A stretch of DNA of 64,000 bases from Balanoglossus misakiensis (taxonomy: Eukaryota; Animalia; Hemichordata). Location: the NCBI GenBank assembly GCA_040954595.2, contig CM082588.2, positions 11,855,398 through 11,919,397 on the forward strand, read 5' to 3'. The translations under genes and the position numbers were made by a program. The notes below the pieces were generated by a model. That model had not been told where the DNA came from, did no database searches, and saw only the letters and a program-made list of their open reading frames with translations. Within the stretch, counting starts at the first letter, position 1. The number at the start of each line of letters is the position of its first letter. Below are positions 13,701 through 28,800 of the stretch, piece after piece.

Positions 13701-16700
13701 TCAACTGCCACCAATAAACTGGCCCACAGCAGATGAGTTCATTTCAACAGGTGCCAAGCTCTTTGGCTAGAATAGATAAAATATATTGATGCCGCAATGA
13801 ATGAATGAAAACAGTATGAATGACCAGTCAATGGAGCTCTCCAATGGCACGTAAGATCTGTCTTGAAATTGCAGAAAGTACTCTAATTTGAAACAGGGTT
13901 AAAGACCATACAACACACCCAGCAGTGAGGGCGCTTTAGTGCATGTACACAATTAATAATTGATGCAGGACGGCTTGCCAATTAAATGTCTATTTTACAG
14001 AAAATATAAGGTACTTTCTCCATTTCCATTACAGATCTAGAATAGGCAAATTTGCAATTACACTCACTCGCATGAATGAATGCTGGCATCTGTGGTGGGC
14101 GGCGTGGAACTTTACTTGGTGGCGTGCCGGGAAGGAAGGTGCTCTCCTCAGCTCAACTGCCACCAATAAACTGGCCCACAGCAGATGAGTTCATTTCAAC
14201 AGGTGCCAAGCTCTTTGGCTAGAATAGATAAAATATATTGATGCCGCAATGAATGAATGAAAACAGTATGAATGACCAGTCAATGGAGCTCTCCAATGGC
14301 ACGTAAGATCTGTCTTGAAATTGCAGAAAGTACTCTAATTTGAAACAGGGTTAAAGACCATACAACACACCCAGCAGTGAGGGCGCTTTAGTGCATGTAC
14401 ACAATTAATAATTGATGCAGGACGGCTTGCCAATTAAATGTCTATTTTACAGAAAATATAAGGTACTTTCTCCATTTCGATTACAGATCTAGAATAGGCA
14501 AATTTGCAATTACACTCACTCGCATGAATGAATGCTGGCATCTGTGGTGGGCGGCGTGGAACTTTACTTGGTGGCGTGCCGGGAAGGAAGGTGCTCTCCT
14601 CAGCTCAACTGCCACCAATAAACTGGCCCACAGCAGATGAGTTCATTTCAACAGGTGCCAAGCTCTTTGGCTAGAATAGATAAAATATATTGACGCGCAA
14701 TGAATGAATGAAAACAGTATGAATGACCAGTCAATGGAGCTCTCCAATGGCACGTAAGATCTGTCTTGAAATTGCAGAAAGTACTCTAATTTGAAACAGG
14801 GTTAAAGACCATACAACACACCCAGCAGTGAGGGCGCTTTAGTGCATGTACACAATTAATAATTGATGCAGGACGGCTTGCCAATTAAATGTCTATTTTA
14901 CAGAAAATATAAGGTACTTTCTCCATTTCCATTACAGATCTAGAATAGGCAAATTTGCAATTACACTCACTCGCATGAATGAATGCTGGCATCTGTGGTG
15001 GGCGGCGTGGAACTTTACTTGGTGGCGTGCCGGGAAGGAAGGTGCTCTCCTCAGCTCAACTGCCACCAATAAACTGGCCCACAGCAGATGAGTTCATTTC
15101 AACAGGTGCCAAGCTCTTTGGCTAGAATAGATAAAATATATTGATGCCGCAATGAATGAATGAAAACAGTATGAATGACCAGTCAATGGAGCTCTCCAAT
15201 GGCACGTAAGATCTGTCTTGAAATTGCAGAAAGTACTCTAATTTGAAACAGGGTTAAAGACCATACAACACACCCAGCAGTGAGGGCGCTTTAGTGCATG
15301 TACACAATTAATAATTGATGCAGGACGGCTTGCCAATTAAATGTCTATTTTACAGAAAATATAAGGTACTTTCTCCATTTCCATTACAGATCTAGGATAG
15401 GCAAATTTGCAATTACACTCACTCGCATGAATGAATGCTGGCATCTGTGGTGGGCGGCGTGGAACTTTACTTGGTGGCGTGCCGGGAAGGAAGGTGCTCT
15501 CCTCAGCTCAACTGCCACCAATAAACTGGCCCACAGCTGATGAGTTCATTTCAACAGGTGCCAAGCTCTTTGGCTAGTATAGATAAAATATATTGATGCC
15601 GCAATGAATGAATGAAAACAGTATGAATGACCAGTCAATGGAGCTCTCCAATGGCACGTAAGATCTGTCTTGAAATTGCAGAAAGTACTCTAATTTGAAA
15701 CAGGGTTAAAGACCATACAACACACCCAGCAGTGAGGGCGCTTTAGTGCATGTACACAATTAATAATTGATGCAGGACGGCTTGCCAATTAAATGTCTAT
15801 TTTACAGAAAATATAAGGTACTTTCTCCATTTCCATTACAGATCTAGAATAGGCAAATTTGCAATTACACTCACTCGCATGAATGAATGCTGGCATCTGT
15901 GGTGGGCGGCGTGGAACTTTACTTGGTGGCGTGCCGGGAAGGAAGGTGCTCTCCTCAGCTCAACTGCCACCAATAAACTGGCCCACAGCAGATGAGTTCA
16001 TTTCAACAGGTGCCAAGCTCTTTGGCTAGAATAGATAAAATATATTGATGCCGCAATGAATGAATGAAAACAGTATGAATGACCAGTCAATGGAGCTCTC
16101 CAATGGCACGTAAGATTCTAGAATAGGCAAATTTGCAATTACACTCACTCGCATGAATGAATGCTGGCATCTGTGGTGGGCGGCGTGGAACTTTACTTGG
16201 TGGCGTGCCGGGAAGGAAGGTGCTCTCCTCAGCTCAACTGCCACCAATAAACTGGCCCACAGCAGATGAGTTCATTTCAACAGGTGCCAAGCTCTTCGGC
16301 TAGAATAGATAAAATATATTGATGCCGCAATGAATGAATGAAAACAGTATGAATGACCAGTCAATGGAGCTCTCCAATGGCACGTAAGATTCTAGAATAG
16401 GCAAATTTGCAATTACACTCACTCGCATGAATGAATGCTGGCATCTGTGGTGGGCGGCGTGGAACTTTACTTGGTGGCGTGCCGGGAAAGAAGGTGCTCT
16501 CCTCAGCTCAACTGCCACCAATAAACTGGCCCACAGCAGATGAGTTCATTTCAACAGGTGCCAAGCTCTTTGGCTAGAATAGATAAAATATATTGATGCC
16601 GCAATGAATGAATGAAAACAGTATGAATGACCAGTCAATGGAGCTCTCCAATGGCACGTAATTCTAGAATAGGCAAATTTGCAATTACACTCACTCGCAT

Positions 16701-19700
16701 GAAAGAATGCTGGCATCTGTGGTGGGCGGCGTGGAACTTTACTTGGTGGCGTGCCGGGAAGGAAGGTGCTCTCCTCAGCTCAACTGCCACCAATAAACTG
16801 GCCCACAGCAGATGAGTTCATTTCAACAGGTGCCAAGCTCTTTGGCTAGAATAGATAAAATATATTGATGCCGCAATGAATGAATGAAAACAGTATGAAT
16901 GACCAGTCAATGGAGCTCTCCAATGGCACGTAAGATCTGTCTTGAAATTGCAGAAAGTACTCTAATTTGAAACAGGGTTAAAGACCATACAACACACCCA
17001 GCAGTGAGGGCGCTTTAGTGCATGTACACAATTAATAATTGATGCAGGACGGCTTGCCAATTAAATGTCTATTTTACAGAAAATATAAGGTACTTTCTCC
17101 ATTTCCATTACAGATCTAGAATAGGCAAATTTGCAATTACACTCACTCGCATGAATGAATGCTGGCATCTGTGGTGGGCGGCGTGGAACTTTACTTGGTG
17201 GCGTGCCGGGAAGGAAGGTGCTCTCCTCAGCTCAACTGCCACCAATAAACTGGCCCACAGCAGATGAGTTCATTTCAACAGGTGCCAAGCTCTTTGGCTA
17301 GAATAGATAAAATATATTGATGCCGCAATGAATGAATGAAAACAGTATGAATGACCAGTCAATGGAGCTCTCCAATGGCACGTAAGATTCTAGAATAGGC
17401 AAATTTGCAATTACACTCACTCGCATGAATGAATGCTGGCATCTGTGGTGGGCGGCGTGGAACTTTACTTGGTGGCGTGCCGGGAAGGAAGGTGCTCTCC
17501 TCAGCTCAACTGCCACCAATAAACTGGCCCACAGCAGATGAGTTCATTTCAACAGGTGCCAAGCTCTTCGGCTAGAATAGATAAAATATATTGATGCCGC
17601 AATGAATGAATGAAAACAGTATGAATGACCAGTCAATGGAGCTCTCCAATGGCACGTAAGATTCTAGAATAGGCAAATTTGCAATTACACTCACTCGCAT
17701 GAATGAATGCTGGCATCTGTGGTGGGCGGCGTGGAACTTTACTTGGTGGCGTGCCGGGAAAGAAGGTGCTCTCCTCAGCTCAACTGCCACCAATAAACTG
17801 GCCCACAGCAGATGAGTTCATTTCAACAGGTGCCAAGCTCTTTGGCTAGAATAGATAAAATATATTGATGCCGCAATGAATGAATGAAAACAGTATGAAT
17901 GACCAGTCAATGGAGCTCTCCAATGGCACGTAAGATCTGTCTTGAAATTGCAGAAAGTACTCTAATTTGAAACAGGGTTAAAGACCATACAACACACCCA
18001 GCAGTGAGGGCGCTTTAGTGCATGTACACAATTAATAATTGATGCAGGACGGCTTGCCAATTAAATGTCTATTTTACAGAAAATATAAGGTACTTTCTCC
18101 ATTTCCATTACAGATCTAGAATAGGCAAATTTGCAATTACACTCACTCGCATGAATGAATGCTGGCATCTGTGGTGGGCGGCGTGGAACTTTACTTGGTG
18201 GCGTGCCGGGAAGGAAGGTGCTCTCCTCAGCTCAACTGCCACCAATAAACTGGCCCACAGCAGATGAGTTCATTTCAACAGGTGCCAAGCTCTTTGGCTA
18301 GAATAGATAAAATATATTGATGCCGCAATGAATGAATGAAAACAGTATGAATGACCAGTCAATGGAGCTCTCCAATGGCACGTAAGATCTGTCTTGAAAT
18401 TGCAGAAAGTACTCTAATTTGAAACAGGGTTAAAGACCATACAACACACCCAGCAGTGAGGGCGCTTTAGTGCATGTACACAATTAATAATTGATGCAGG
18501 ACGGCTTGCCAATTAAATGTCTATTTTACAGAAAATATAAGGTACTTTCTCCATTTCCATTACAGATCTAGAATAGGCAAATTTGCAATTACACTCACTC
18601 GCATGAATGAATGCTGGCATCTGTGGTGGGCGGCGTGGAACTTTACTTGGTGGCGTGCCGGGAAGGAAGGTGCTCTCCTCAGCTCAACTGCCACCAATAA
18701 ACTGGCCCACAGCAGATGAGTTCATTTCAACAGGTGCCAAGCTCTTTGGCTAGAATAGATAAAATATATTGATGCCGCAATGAATGAATGAAAACAGTAT
18801 GAATGACCAGTCAATGGAGCTCTCCAATGGCACGTAAGATCTGTCTTGAAATTGCAGAAAGTACTCTAATTTGAAACAGGGTTAAAGACCATACAACACA
18901 CCCAGCAGTGAGGGCGCTTTAGTGCATGTACACAATTAATAATTGATGCAGGACGGCTTGCCAATTAAATGTCTATTTTACAGAAAATATAAGGTACTTT
19001 CTCCATTTCCATTACAGATCTAGAATAGGCAAATTTGCAATTACACTCACTCGCATGAATGAATGCTGGCATCTGTGGTGGGCGGCGTGGAACTTTACTT
19101 GGTGGCGTGCCGGGAAGGAAGGTGCTCTCCTCAGCTCAACTGCCACCAATAAACTGGCCCACAGCAGATGAGTTCATTTCAACAGGTGCCAAGCTCTTTG
19201 GCTAGAATAGATAAAATATATTGATGCCGCAATGAATGAATGAAAACAGTATGAATGACCAGTCAATGGAGCTCTCCAATGGCACGTAAGATTCTAGAAT
19301 AGGCAAATTTGCAATTACACTCACTCGCATGAATGAATGCTGGCATCTGTGGTGGGCGGCGTGGAACTTTACTTGGTGGCGTGCCGGGAAGGAAGGTGCT
19401 CTCCTCAGCTCAACTGCCACCAATAAACTGGCCCACAGCAGATGAGTTCATTTCAACAGGTGCCAAGCTCTTCGGCTAGAATAGATAAAATATATTGATG
19501 CCGCAATGAATGAATGAAAACAGTATGAATGACCAGTCAATGGAGCTCTCCAATGGCACGTAAGATTCTAGAATAGGCAAATTTGCAATTACACTCACTC
19601 GCATGAATGAATGCTGGCATCTGTGGTGGGCGGCGTGGAACTTTACTTGGTGGCGTGCCGGGAAAGAAGGTGCTCTCCTCAGCTCAACTGCCACCAATAA

Positions 19701-21337
19701 ACTGGCCCACAGCAGATGAGTTCATTTCAACAGGTGCCAAGCTCTTTGGCTAGAATAGATAAAATATATTGATGCCGCAATGAATGAATGAAAACAGTAT
19801 GAATGACCAGTCAATGGAGCTCTCCAATGGCACGTAAGATCTGTCTTGAAATTGCAGAAAGTACTCTAATTTGAAACAGGGTTAAAGACCATACAACACA
19901 CCCAGCAGTGAGGGCGCTTTAGTGCATGTACACAATTAATAATTGATGCAGGACGGCTTGCCAATTAAATGTCTATTTTACAGAAAATATAAGGTACTTT
20001 CTCCATTTCCATTACAGATCTAGAATAGGCAAATTTGCAATTACACTCACTCGCATGAATGAATGCTGGCATCTGTGGTGGGCGGCGTGGAACTTTACTT
20101 GGTGGCGTGCCGGGAAGGAAGGTGCTCTCCTCAGCTCAACTGCCACCAATAAACTGGCCCACAGCAGATGAGTTCATTTCAACAGGTGCCAAGCTCTTTG
20201 GCTAGAATAGATAAAATATATTGATGCCGCAATGAATGAATGAAAACAGTATGAATGACCAGTCAATGGAGCTCTCCAATGGCACGTAAGATCTGTCTTG
20301 AAATTGCAGAAAGTACTCTAATTTGAAACAGGGTTAAAGACCATACAACACACCCAGCAGTGAGGGCGCTTTAGTGCATGTACACAATTAATAATTGATG
20401 CAGGACGGCTTGCCAATTAAATGTCTATTTTACAGAAAATATAAGGTACTTTCTCCATTTCCATTACAGATCTAGAATAGGCAAATTTGCAATTACACTC
20501 ACTCGCATGAATGAATGCTGGCATCTGTGGTGGGCGGCGTGGAACTTTACTTGGTGGCGTGCCGGGAAGGAAGGTGCTCTCCTCAGCTCAACTGCCACCA
20601 ATAAACTGGCCCACAGCAGATGAGTTCATTTCAACAGGTGCCAAGCTCTTTGGCTAGAATAGATAAAATATATTGATGCCGCAATGAATGAATGAAAACA
20701 GTATGAATGACCAGTCAATGGAGCTCTCCAATGGCACGTAAGATTCTAGAATAGGCAAATTTGCAATTACACTCACTCGCATGAATGAATGCTGGCATCT
20801 GTGGTGGGCGGCGTGGAACTTTACTTGGTGGCGTGCCGGGAAGGAAGGTGCTCTCCTCAGCTCAACTGCCACCAATAAACTGGCCCACAGCAGATGAGTT
20901 CATTTCAACAGGTGCCAAGCTCTTTGGCTAGAATAGATAAAATATATTGATGCCGCAATGAATGAATGAAAACAGTATGAATGACCAGTCAATGGAGCTC
21001 TCCAATGGCACGTAAGATTCTAGAATAGGCAAATTTGCAATGACACTCACTCGCATGAATGAATGCTGGCATCTGTGGTGGGCGGCGTGGAACTTTACTT
21101 GGTGGCGTGCCGGGAAAGAAGGTGCTCTCCTCAGCTCAACTGCCACCAATAAACTGGCCCACAGCAGATGAGTTCATTTCAACAGGTGCCAAGCTCTTTG
21201 GCTAGAATAGATAAAATATATTGATGCCGCAATGAATGAATGAAAACAGTATGAATGACCAGTCAATGGAGCTCTCCAATGGCACGTAAGATCTGTCTTG
21301 AAATTGCAGAAAGTACTCTAATTTGAAACAGGGTTAA

Positions 21338-22834
21338 CACTTTCGCTGCGGGAGGGCGTTTTCTGCGCCGGCAGTCAGAATGCGGGAGGCGCATAAATGC
21401 GCCAAGATCGCGTCCGTTACTTGGTCTGTTCTATTTTATGTTCGTTGCTTATTTACTCATTTTGTATGACTATATATAGGACAGGGGTCAACCCTAATTG
21501 AGCATGCGCATATGTATTGTAAACAATCAAGTCGATTTTGTCATCAAAGGGTTTCCTTATACAGCTGATTTTAGGTCGCCCCGATCATATTTTTTCATTC
21601 ACTTGGTATTTAAAAATGGCGACATGGGCAAAGTTTGATGCCGACGAAGTTCTTGAACAAGTCTTTCAGGATAGTGACAGCGATCATAGCGATAGCGGAA
21701 GCCAAATTACGGACAACAACATCATAGAACCAGAAATAGAAGCCAGACACGGAGAAAACAGAGTAGAGACAGAGAGAGAGGGAGGGTTTTTGCCATGTTC
21801 TCGGACGTCGTAACGTTGATGGTGACACGCGGTGGGTTTTGTATGACGTAAATGACAATTACACACCGGACTGGTTGTCTGTATACGATCGTCGCTAAGG
21901 TTTATTAGTTGACACTGATGACTTTGCGCCGGTTGACTTTTTTCAGCTGTTCTTTCCTGGTGATGTGTTTGAGTTGATGTCATTGTCAGAGCAAACTGAT
22001 ATGTACACCGCACAATTTTTTGACAACCCTGCAATAGATGAGTTGCCCTTCCGGTCAAGATTTCGCCAGATGCCTACTTCACTGAATTAAATAAAGGCGT
22101 AGGTTTCTTTGCAAATCTTGATGGGACTTTGCCAGAAGTCTATGTTGTCAGAGTATTATATCCATTTGAAATGAATTGCCAAAACAGTACTATGCTAATG
22201 AATTTTTTTTAAATGTGTGTATATTCATATTTACCAACCTTGATTTCTTCAACTTGCAATTCATTAAAACGTAGAGTATTTAATAAATTACTTAATTAAT
22301 TTATTTTATTCTTATTATTTATTTACAAATTCAATCATTCACCTTTTCACTAATAATCTATATTTCTTTCTCAGATTTTAAACATGTATACATGTAAATG
22401 GTGGGCATGATTTGATAATTGTTTTTATGGTCCATTAATAAATTTGATCAAATTTCTTGCTCAAAAGTCACTTGTTATTCCCTTTTATACAGGGGGAAGT
22501 TGTTTTTGACTATTTTTGTCTGTCAGCTGTGATACAATGAATTAAATACAGTATTTCAGTCACTTATATTACAATATCTGTTGTTTTACCATATTTCGAC
22601 AGAAATCCATTATGGCCGCCAGTGTCACATGACCAATTAATGGTCATGTGACCATTTTTCAGTTTTATTATGTTGGTTGTCTTATAAAATATACTTGCTG
22701 GAAATATCATTGCATATACTTTCATATTACAAGAGATAGAGATGGTAAAGTAAAACATTGTTTATTAGTTAAATTTACCATAGGAAACTACGCACAGGAA
22801 TACATTAGCATATATTAACTACGCAGTGAAAGTG
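21338..22834 (+). mobile_element. Internally deleted, non-autonomous piggyBac-superfamily DNA transposon (1497 bp), copy 1, inserted in a B module
   Basis: TTAA duplicated at 21334-21337 and 22835-22838, splitting the GGGTTAAAGAC of B. 13-bp TIRs CACTTTCGCTGCG / CGCAGTGAAAGTG (12/13). Contains a decayed piggyBac-type transposase N-terminus. Confidence 0.93.
21616..22159 (+). pseudogene. Truncated piggyBac-type transposase pseudogene (N-terminal part only)
   Basis: ATG 21616 gives the acidic N-terminus MATWAKFDADEVLEQVFQDSDSD. After a frameshift near the AG-repeat (~21770-21800): ...PDWL...*GLLVDTDDFAPVDFFQLFFPGDVFELMSLSEQTDMYTAQFF...TSLN*IKA*VSLQILMGLCQKSMLSEYY. This matches the piggyBac pattern P.DFF.LFF / eTN.YA / EikaF.gl.ilMG / DYW. 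Three in-frame stops; no catalytic DDD region follows. Confidence 0.85.
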
Positions 22835-25800
22835 TTAAAGACCATACAACACACCCAGCAGTGAGGGCGCTTTAGTGCATGTACACAATTAATAATTGAT
22901 GCAGGACGGCTTGCCAATTAAATGTCTATTTTACAGAAAATATAAGGTACTTTCTCCATTTCCATTACAGATCTAGAATAGGCAAATTTGCAATTACACT
23001 CACTCGCATGAATGAATGCTGGCATCTGTGGTGGGCGGCGTGGAACTTTACTTGGTGGCGTGCCGGGAAGGAAGGTGCTCTCCTCAGCTCAACTGCCACC
23101 AATAAACTGGCCCACAGCAGATGAGTTCATTTCAACAGGTGCCAAGCTCTTTGGCTAGAATAGATAAAATATATTGATGCCGCAATGAATGAATGAAAAC
23201 AGTATGAATGACCAGTCAATGGAGCTCTCCAATGGCACGTAAGAATTCTAGAATAGGCAAATTTGCAATTACACTCACTCGCATGAATGAATGCTGGCAT
23301 CTGTGGTGGGCGGCGTGGAACTTTACTTGGTGGCGTGCCGGGAAGGAAGGTGCTCTCCTCAGCTCAACTGCCACCAATAAACTGGCCCACAGCAGATGAG
23401 TTCATTTCAACAGGTGCCAAGCTCTTTGGCTAGAATAGATAAAATATATTGATGCCGCAATGAATGAATGAAAACAGTATGAATGACCAGTCAATGGAGC
23501 TCTCCAATGGCACGTAAGATTCTAGAATAGGCAAATTTGCAATTACACTCACTCGCATGAATGAATGCTGGCATCTGTGGTGGGCGGCGTGGAACTTTAC
23601 TTGGTGGCGTGCCGGGAAGGAAGGTGCTCTCCTCAGCTCAACTGCCACCAATAAACTGGCCCACAGCAGATGAGTTCATTTCAACAGGTGCCAAGCTCTT
23701 CGGCTAGAATAGATAAAATATATTGATGCCGCAATGAATGAATGAAAACAGTATGAATGACCAGTCAATGGAGCTCTCCAATGGCACGTAAGATTCTAGA
23801 ATAGGCAAATTTGCAATTACACTCACTCGCATGAATGAATGCTGGCATCTGTGGTGGGCGGCGTGGAACTTTACTTGGTGGCGTGCCGGGAAAGAAGGTG
23901 CTCTCCTCAGCTCAACTGCCACCAATAAACTGGCCCACAGCAGATGAGTTCATTTCAACAGGTGCCAAGCTCTTTGGCTAGAATAGATAAAATATATTGA
24001 TGCCGCAATGAATGAATGAAAACAGTATGAATGACCAGTCAATGGAGCTCTCCAATGGCACGTAAGATCTGTCTTGAAATTGCAGAAAGTACTCTAATTT
24101 GAAACAGGGTTAAAGACCATACAACACACCCAGCAGTGAGGGCGCTTTAGTGCATGTACACAATTAATAATTGATGCAGGACGGCTTGCCAATTAAATGT
24201 CTATTTTACAGAAAATATAAGGTACTTTCTCCATTTCCATTACAGATCTAGAATAGGCAAATTTGCAATTACACTCACTCGCATGAATGAATGCTGGCAT
24301 CTGTGGTGGGCGGCGTGGAACTTTACTTGGTGGCGTGCCGGGAAGGAAGGTGCTCTCCTCAGCTCAACTGCCACCAATAAACTGGCCCACAGCAGATGAG
24401 TTCATTTCAACAGGTGCCAAGCTCTTTGGCTAGAATAGATAAAATATATTGATGCCGCAATGAATGAATGAAAACAGTATGAATGACCAGTCAATGGAGC
24501 TCTCCAATGGCACGTAAGAATTCTAGAATAGGCAAATTTGCAATTACACTCACTCGCATGAATGAATGCTGGCATCTGTGGTGGGCGGCGTGGAACTTTA
24601 CTTGGTGGCGTGCCGGGAAGGAAGGTGCTCTCCTCAGCTCAACTGCCACCAATAAACTGGCCCACAGCAGATGAGTTCATTTCAACAGGTGCCAAGCTCT
24701 TTGGCTAGAATAGATAAAATATATTGATGCCGCAATGAATGAATGAAAACAGTATGAATGACCAGTCAATGGAGCTCTCCAATGGCACGTAAGATTCTAG
24801 AATAGGCAAATTTGCAATTACACTCACTCGCATGAATGAATGCTGGCATCTGTGGTGGGCGGCGTGGAACTTTACTTGGTGGCGTGCCGGGAAGGAAGGT
24901 GCTCTCCTCAGCTCAACTGCCACCAATAAACTGGCCCACAGCAGATGAGTTCATTTCAACAGGTGCCAAGCTCTTTGGCTAGAATAAATAAAATATATTG
25001 ATGCCGCAATGAATGAATGAAAACAGTATGAATGACCAGTCAATGGAGCTCTCCAATGGCACGTAAGATTCTAGAATAGGCAAATTTGCAATTACACTCA
25101 CTCGCATGAATGAATGCTGGCATCTGTGGTGGGTGGCGTGGAACTTTACTTGGTGGCGTGCCGGGAAAGAAGGTGCTCTCCTCAGCTCAACTGCCACCAA
25201 TAAACTGGCCCACAGCAGATGAGTTCATTTCAACAGGTGCCAAGCTCTTTGGCTAGAATAGATAAAATATATTGATGCCGCAATGAATGAATGAAAACAG
25301 TATGAATGACCAGTCAATGGAGCTCTCCAATGGCACGTAAGATCTGTCTTGAAATTGCAGAAAGTACTCTAATTTGAAACAGGGTTAAAGACCATACAAC
25401 ACACCCAGCAGTGAGGGCGCTTTAGTGCATGTACACAATTAATAATTGATGCAGGACGGCTTGCCAATTAAATGTCTATTTTACAGAAAATATAAGGTAC
25501 TTTCTCCATTTCCATTACAGATCTAGAATAGGCAAATTTGCAATTACACTCACTCGCATGAATGAATGCTGGCATCTGTGGTGGGCGGCGTGGAACTTTA
25601 CTTGGTGGCGTGCCGGGAAGGAAGGTGCTCTCCTCAGCTCAACTGCCACCAATAAACTGGCCCACAGCAGATGAGTTCATTTCAACAGGTGCCAAGCTCT
25701 TTGGCTAGAATAGATAAAATATATTGATGCCGCAATGAATGAATGAAAACAGTATGAATGACCAGTCAATGGAGCTCTCCAATGGCACGTAAGATCTGTC

Positions 25801-28800
25801 TTGAAATTGCAGAAAGTACTCTAATTTGAAACAGGGTTAAAGACCATACAACACACCCAGCAGTGAGGGCGCTTTAGTGCATGTACACAATTAATAATTG
25901 ATGCAGGACGGCTTGCCAATTAAATGTCTATTTTACAGAAAATATAAGGTACTTTCTCCATTTCCATTACAGATCTAGAATAGGCAAATTTGCAATTACA
26001 CTCACTCGCATGAATGAATGCTGGCATCTGTGGTGGGCGGCGTGGAACTTTACTTGGTGGCGTGCCGGGAAGGAAGGTGCTCTCCTCAGCTCAACTGCCA
26101 CCAATAAACTGGCCCACAGCAGATGAGTTCATTTCAACAGGTGCCAAGCTCTTTGGCTAGAATAGATAAAATATATTGATGCCGCAATGAATGAATGAAA
26201 ACAGTATGAATGACCAGTCAATGGAGCTCTCCAATGGCACGTAAGATTCTAGAATAGGCAAATTTGCAATTACACTCACTCGCATGAATGAATGCTGGCA
26301 TCTGTGGTGGGCGGCGTGGAACTTTACTTGGTGGCGTGCCGGGAAGGAAGGTGCTCTCCTCAGCTCAACTGCCACCAATAAACTGGCCCACAGCAGATGA
26401 GTTCATTTCAACAGGTGCCAAGCTCTTCGGCTAGAATAGATAAAATATATTGATGCCGCAATGAATGAATGAAAACAGTATGAATGACCAGTCAATGGAG
26501 CTCTCCAATGGCACGTAAGATTCTAGAATAGGCAAATTTGCAATTACACTCACTCGCATGAATGAATGCTGGCATCTGTGGTGGGCGGCGTGGAACTTTA
26601 CTTGGTGGCGTGCCGGGAAGGAAGGTGCTCTCCTCAGCTCAACTGCCACCAATAAACTGGCCCACAGCAGATGAGTTCATTTCAACAGGTGCCAAGCTCT
26701 TTGGCTAGAATAGATAAAATATATTGATGCCGCAATGAATGAATGAAAACAGTATGAATGACCAGTCAATGGAGCTCTCCAATGGCACGTAAGATCTGTC
26801 TTGAAATTGCAGAAAGTACTCTAATTTGAAACAGGGTTAAAGACCATACAACACACCCAGCAGTGAGGGCGCTTTAGTGCATGTACACAATTAATAATTG
26901 ATGCAGGACGGCTTGCCAATTAAATGTCTATTTTACAGAAAATATAAGGTACTTTCTCCATTTCCATTACAGATCTAGAATAGGCAAATTTGCAATTACA
27001 CTCACTCGCATGAATGAATGCTGGCATCTGTGGTGGGCGGCGTGGAACTTTACTTGGTGGCGTGCCGGGAAGGAAGGTGCTCTCCTCAGCTCAACTGCCA
27101 CCAATAAACTGGCCCACAGCAGATGAGTTCATTTCAACAGGTGCCAAGCTCTTTGGCTAGAATAGATAAAATATATTGATGCCGCAATGAATGAATGAAA
27201 ACAGTATGAATGACCAGTCAATGGAGCTCTCCAATGGCACGTAAGATCTGTCTTGAAATTGCAGAAAGTACTCTAATTTGAAACAGGGTTAAAGACCATA
27301 CAACACACCCAGCAGTGAGGGCGCTTTAGTGCATGTACACAATTAATAATTGATGCAGGACGGCTTGCCAATTAAATGTCTATTTTACAGAAAATATAAG
27401 GTACTTTCTCCATTTCCATTACAGATCTAGAATAGGCAAATTTGCAATTACACTCACTCGCATGAATGAATGCTGGCATCTGTGGTGGGCGGCGTGGAAC
27501 TTTACTTGGTGGCGTGCCGGGAAGGAAGGTGCTCTCCTCAGCTCAACTGCCACCAATAAACTGGCCCACAGCAGATGAGTTCATTTCAACAGGTGCCAAG
27601 CTCTTCGGCTAGAATAGATAAAATATATTGATGCCGCAATGAATGAATGAAAACAGTATGAATGACCAGTCAATGGAGCTCTCCAATGGCACGTAAGATT
27701 CTAGAATAGGCAAATTTGCAATTACACTCACTCGCATGAATGAATGCTGGCATCTGTGGTGGGCGGCGTGGAACTTTACTTGGTGGCGTGCCGGAAAAGA
27801 AGGTGCTCTCCTCAGCTCAACTGCCACCAATAAACTGGCCCACAGCAGATGAGTTCATTTCAACAGGTGCCAAGCTCTTTGGCTAGAATAGATAAAATAT
27901 ATTGATGCCGCAATGAATGAATGAAAACAGTATGAATGACCAGTCAATGGAGCTCTCCAATGGCACGTAAGATTCTAGAATAGGCAAATTTGCAATTACA
28001 CTCACTCGCATGAATGAATGCTGGCATCTGTGGTGGGCGGCGTGGAACTTTACTTGGTGGCGTGCCGGGAAGGAAGGTGCTCTCCTCAGCTCAACTGCCA
28101 CCAATAAACTGGCCCACAGCAGATGAGTTCATTTCAACAGGTGCCAAGCTCTTCGGCTAGAATAGATAAAATATATTGATGCCGCAATGAATGAATGAAA
28201 ACAGTATGAATGACCAGTCAATGGAGCTCTCCAATGGCACGTAAGATTCTAGAATAGGCAAATTTGCAATTACACTCACTCGCATGAATGAATGCTGGCA
28301 TCTGTGGTGGGCGGCGTGGAACTTTACTTGGTGGCGTGCCGGGAAGGAAGGTGCTCTCCTCAGCTCAACTGCCACCAATAAACTGGCCCACAGCAGATGA
28401 GTTCATTTCAACAGGTGCCAAGCTCTTTGGCTAGAATAGATAAAATATATTGATGCCGCAATGAATGAATGAAAACAGTATGAATGACCAGTCAATGGAG
28501 CTCTCCAATGGCACGTAAGATCTGTCTTGAAATTGCAGAAAGTACTCTAATTTGAAACAGGGTTAAAGACCATACAACACACCCAGCAGTGAGGGCGCTT
28601 TAGTGCATGTACACAATTAATAATTGATGCAGGACGGCTTGCCAATTAAATGTCTATTTTACAGAAAATATAAGGTACTTTCTCCATTTCCATTACAGAT
28701 CTAGAATAGGCAAATTTGCAATTACACTCACTCGCATGAATGAATGCTGGCATCTGTGGTGGGCGGCGTGGAACTTTACTTGGTGGCGTGCCGGGAAGGA

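Noticed and set aside
15530-15580. Hammerhead ribozyme / retrozyme (CAGATGAG, variant CTGATGAG; CTGAGGA on minus strand)
   Set aside because: CTGATGA occurs in only one variant monomer and its duplicate. No stem II followed by GAAA and stem III could be built on either strand.
21610-22758. Minus-strand ORFs inside the piggyBac (82, 124 and 64 aa) and their copies at 56198-57346
   Set aside because: They are antisense shadows of the transposase relic or AT-rich chance ORFs.
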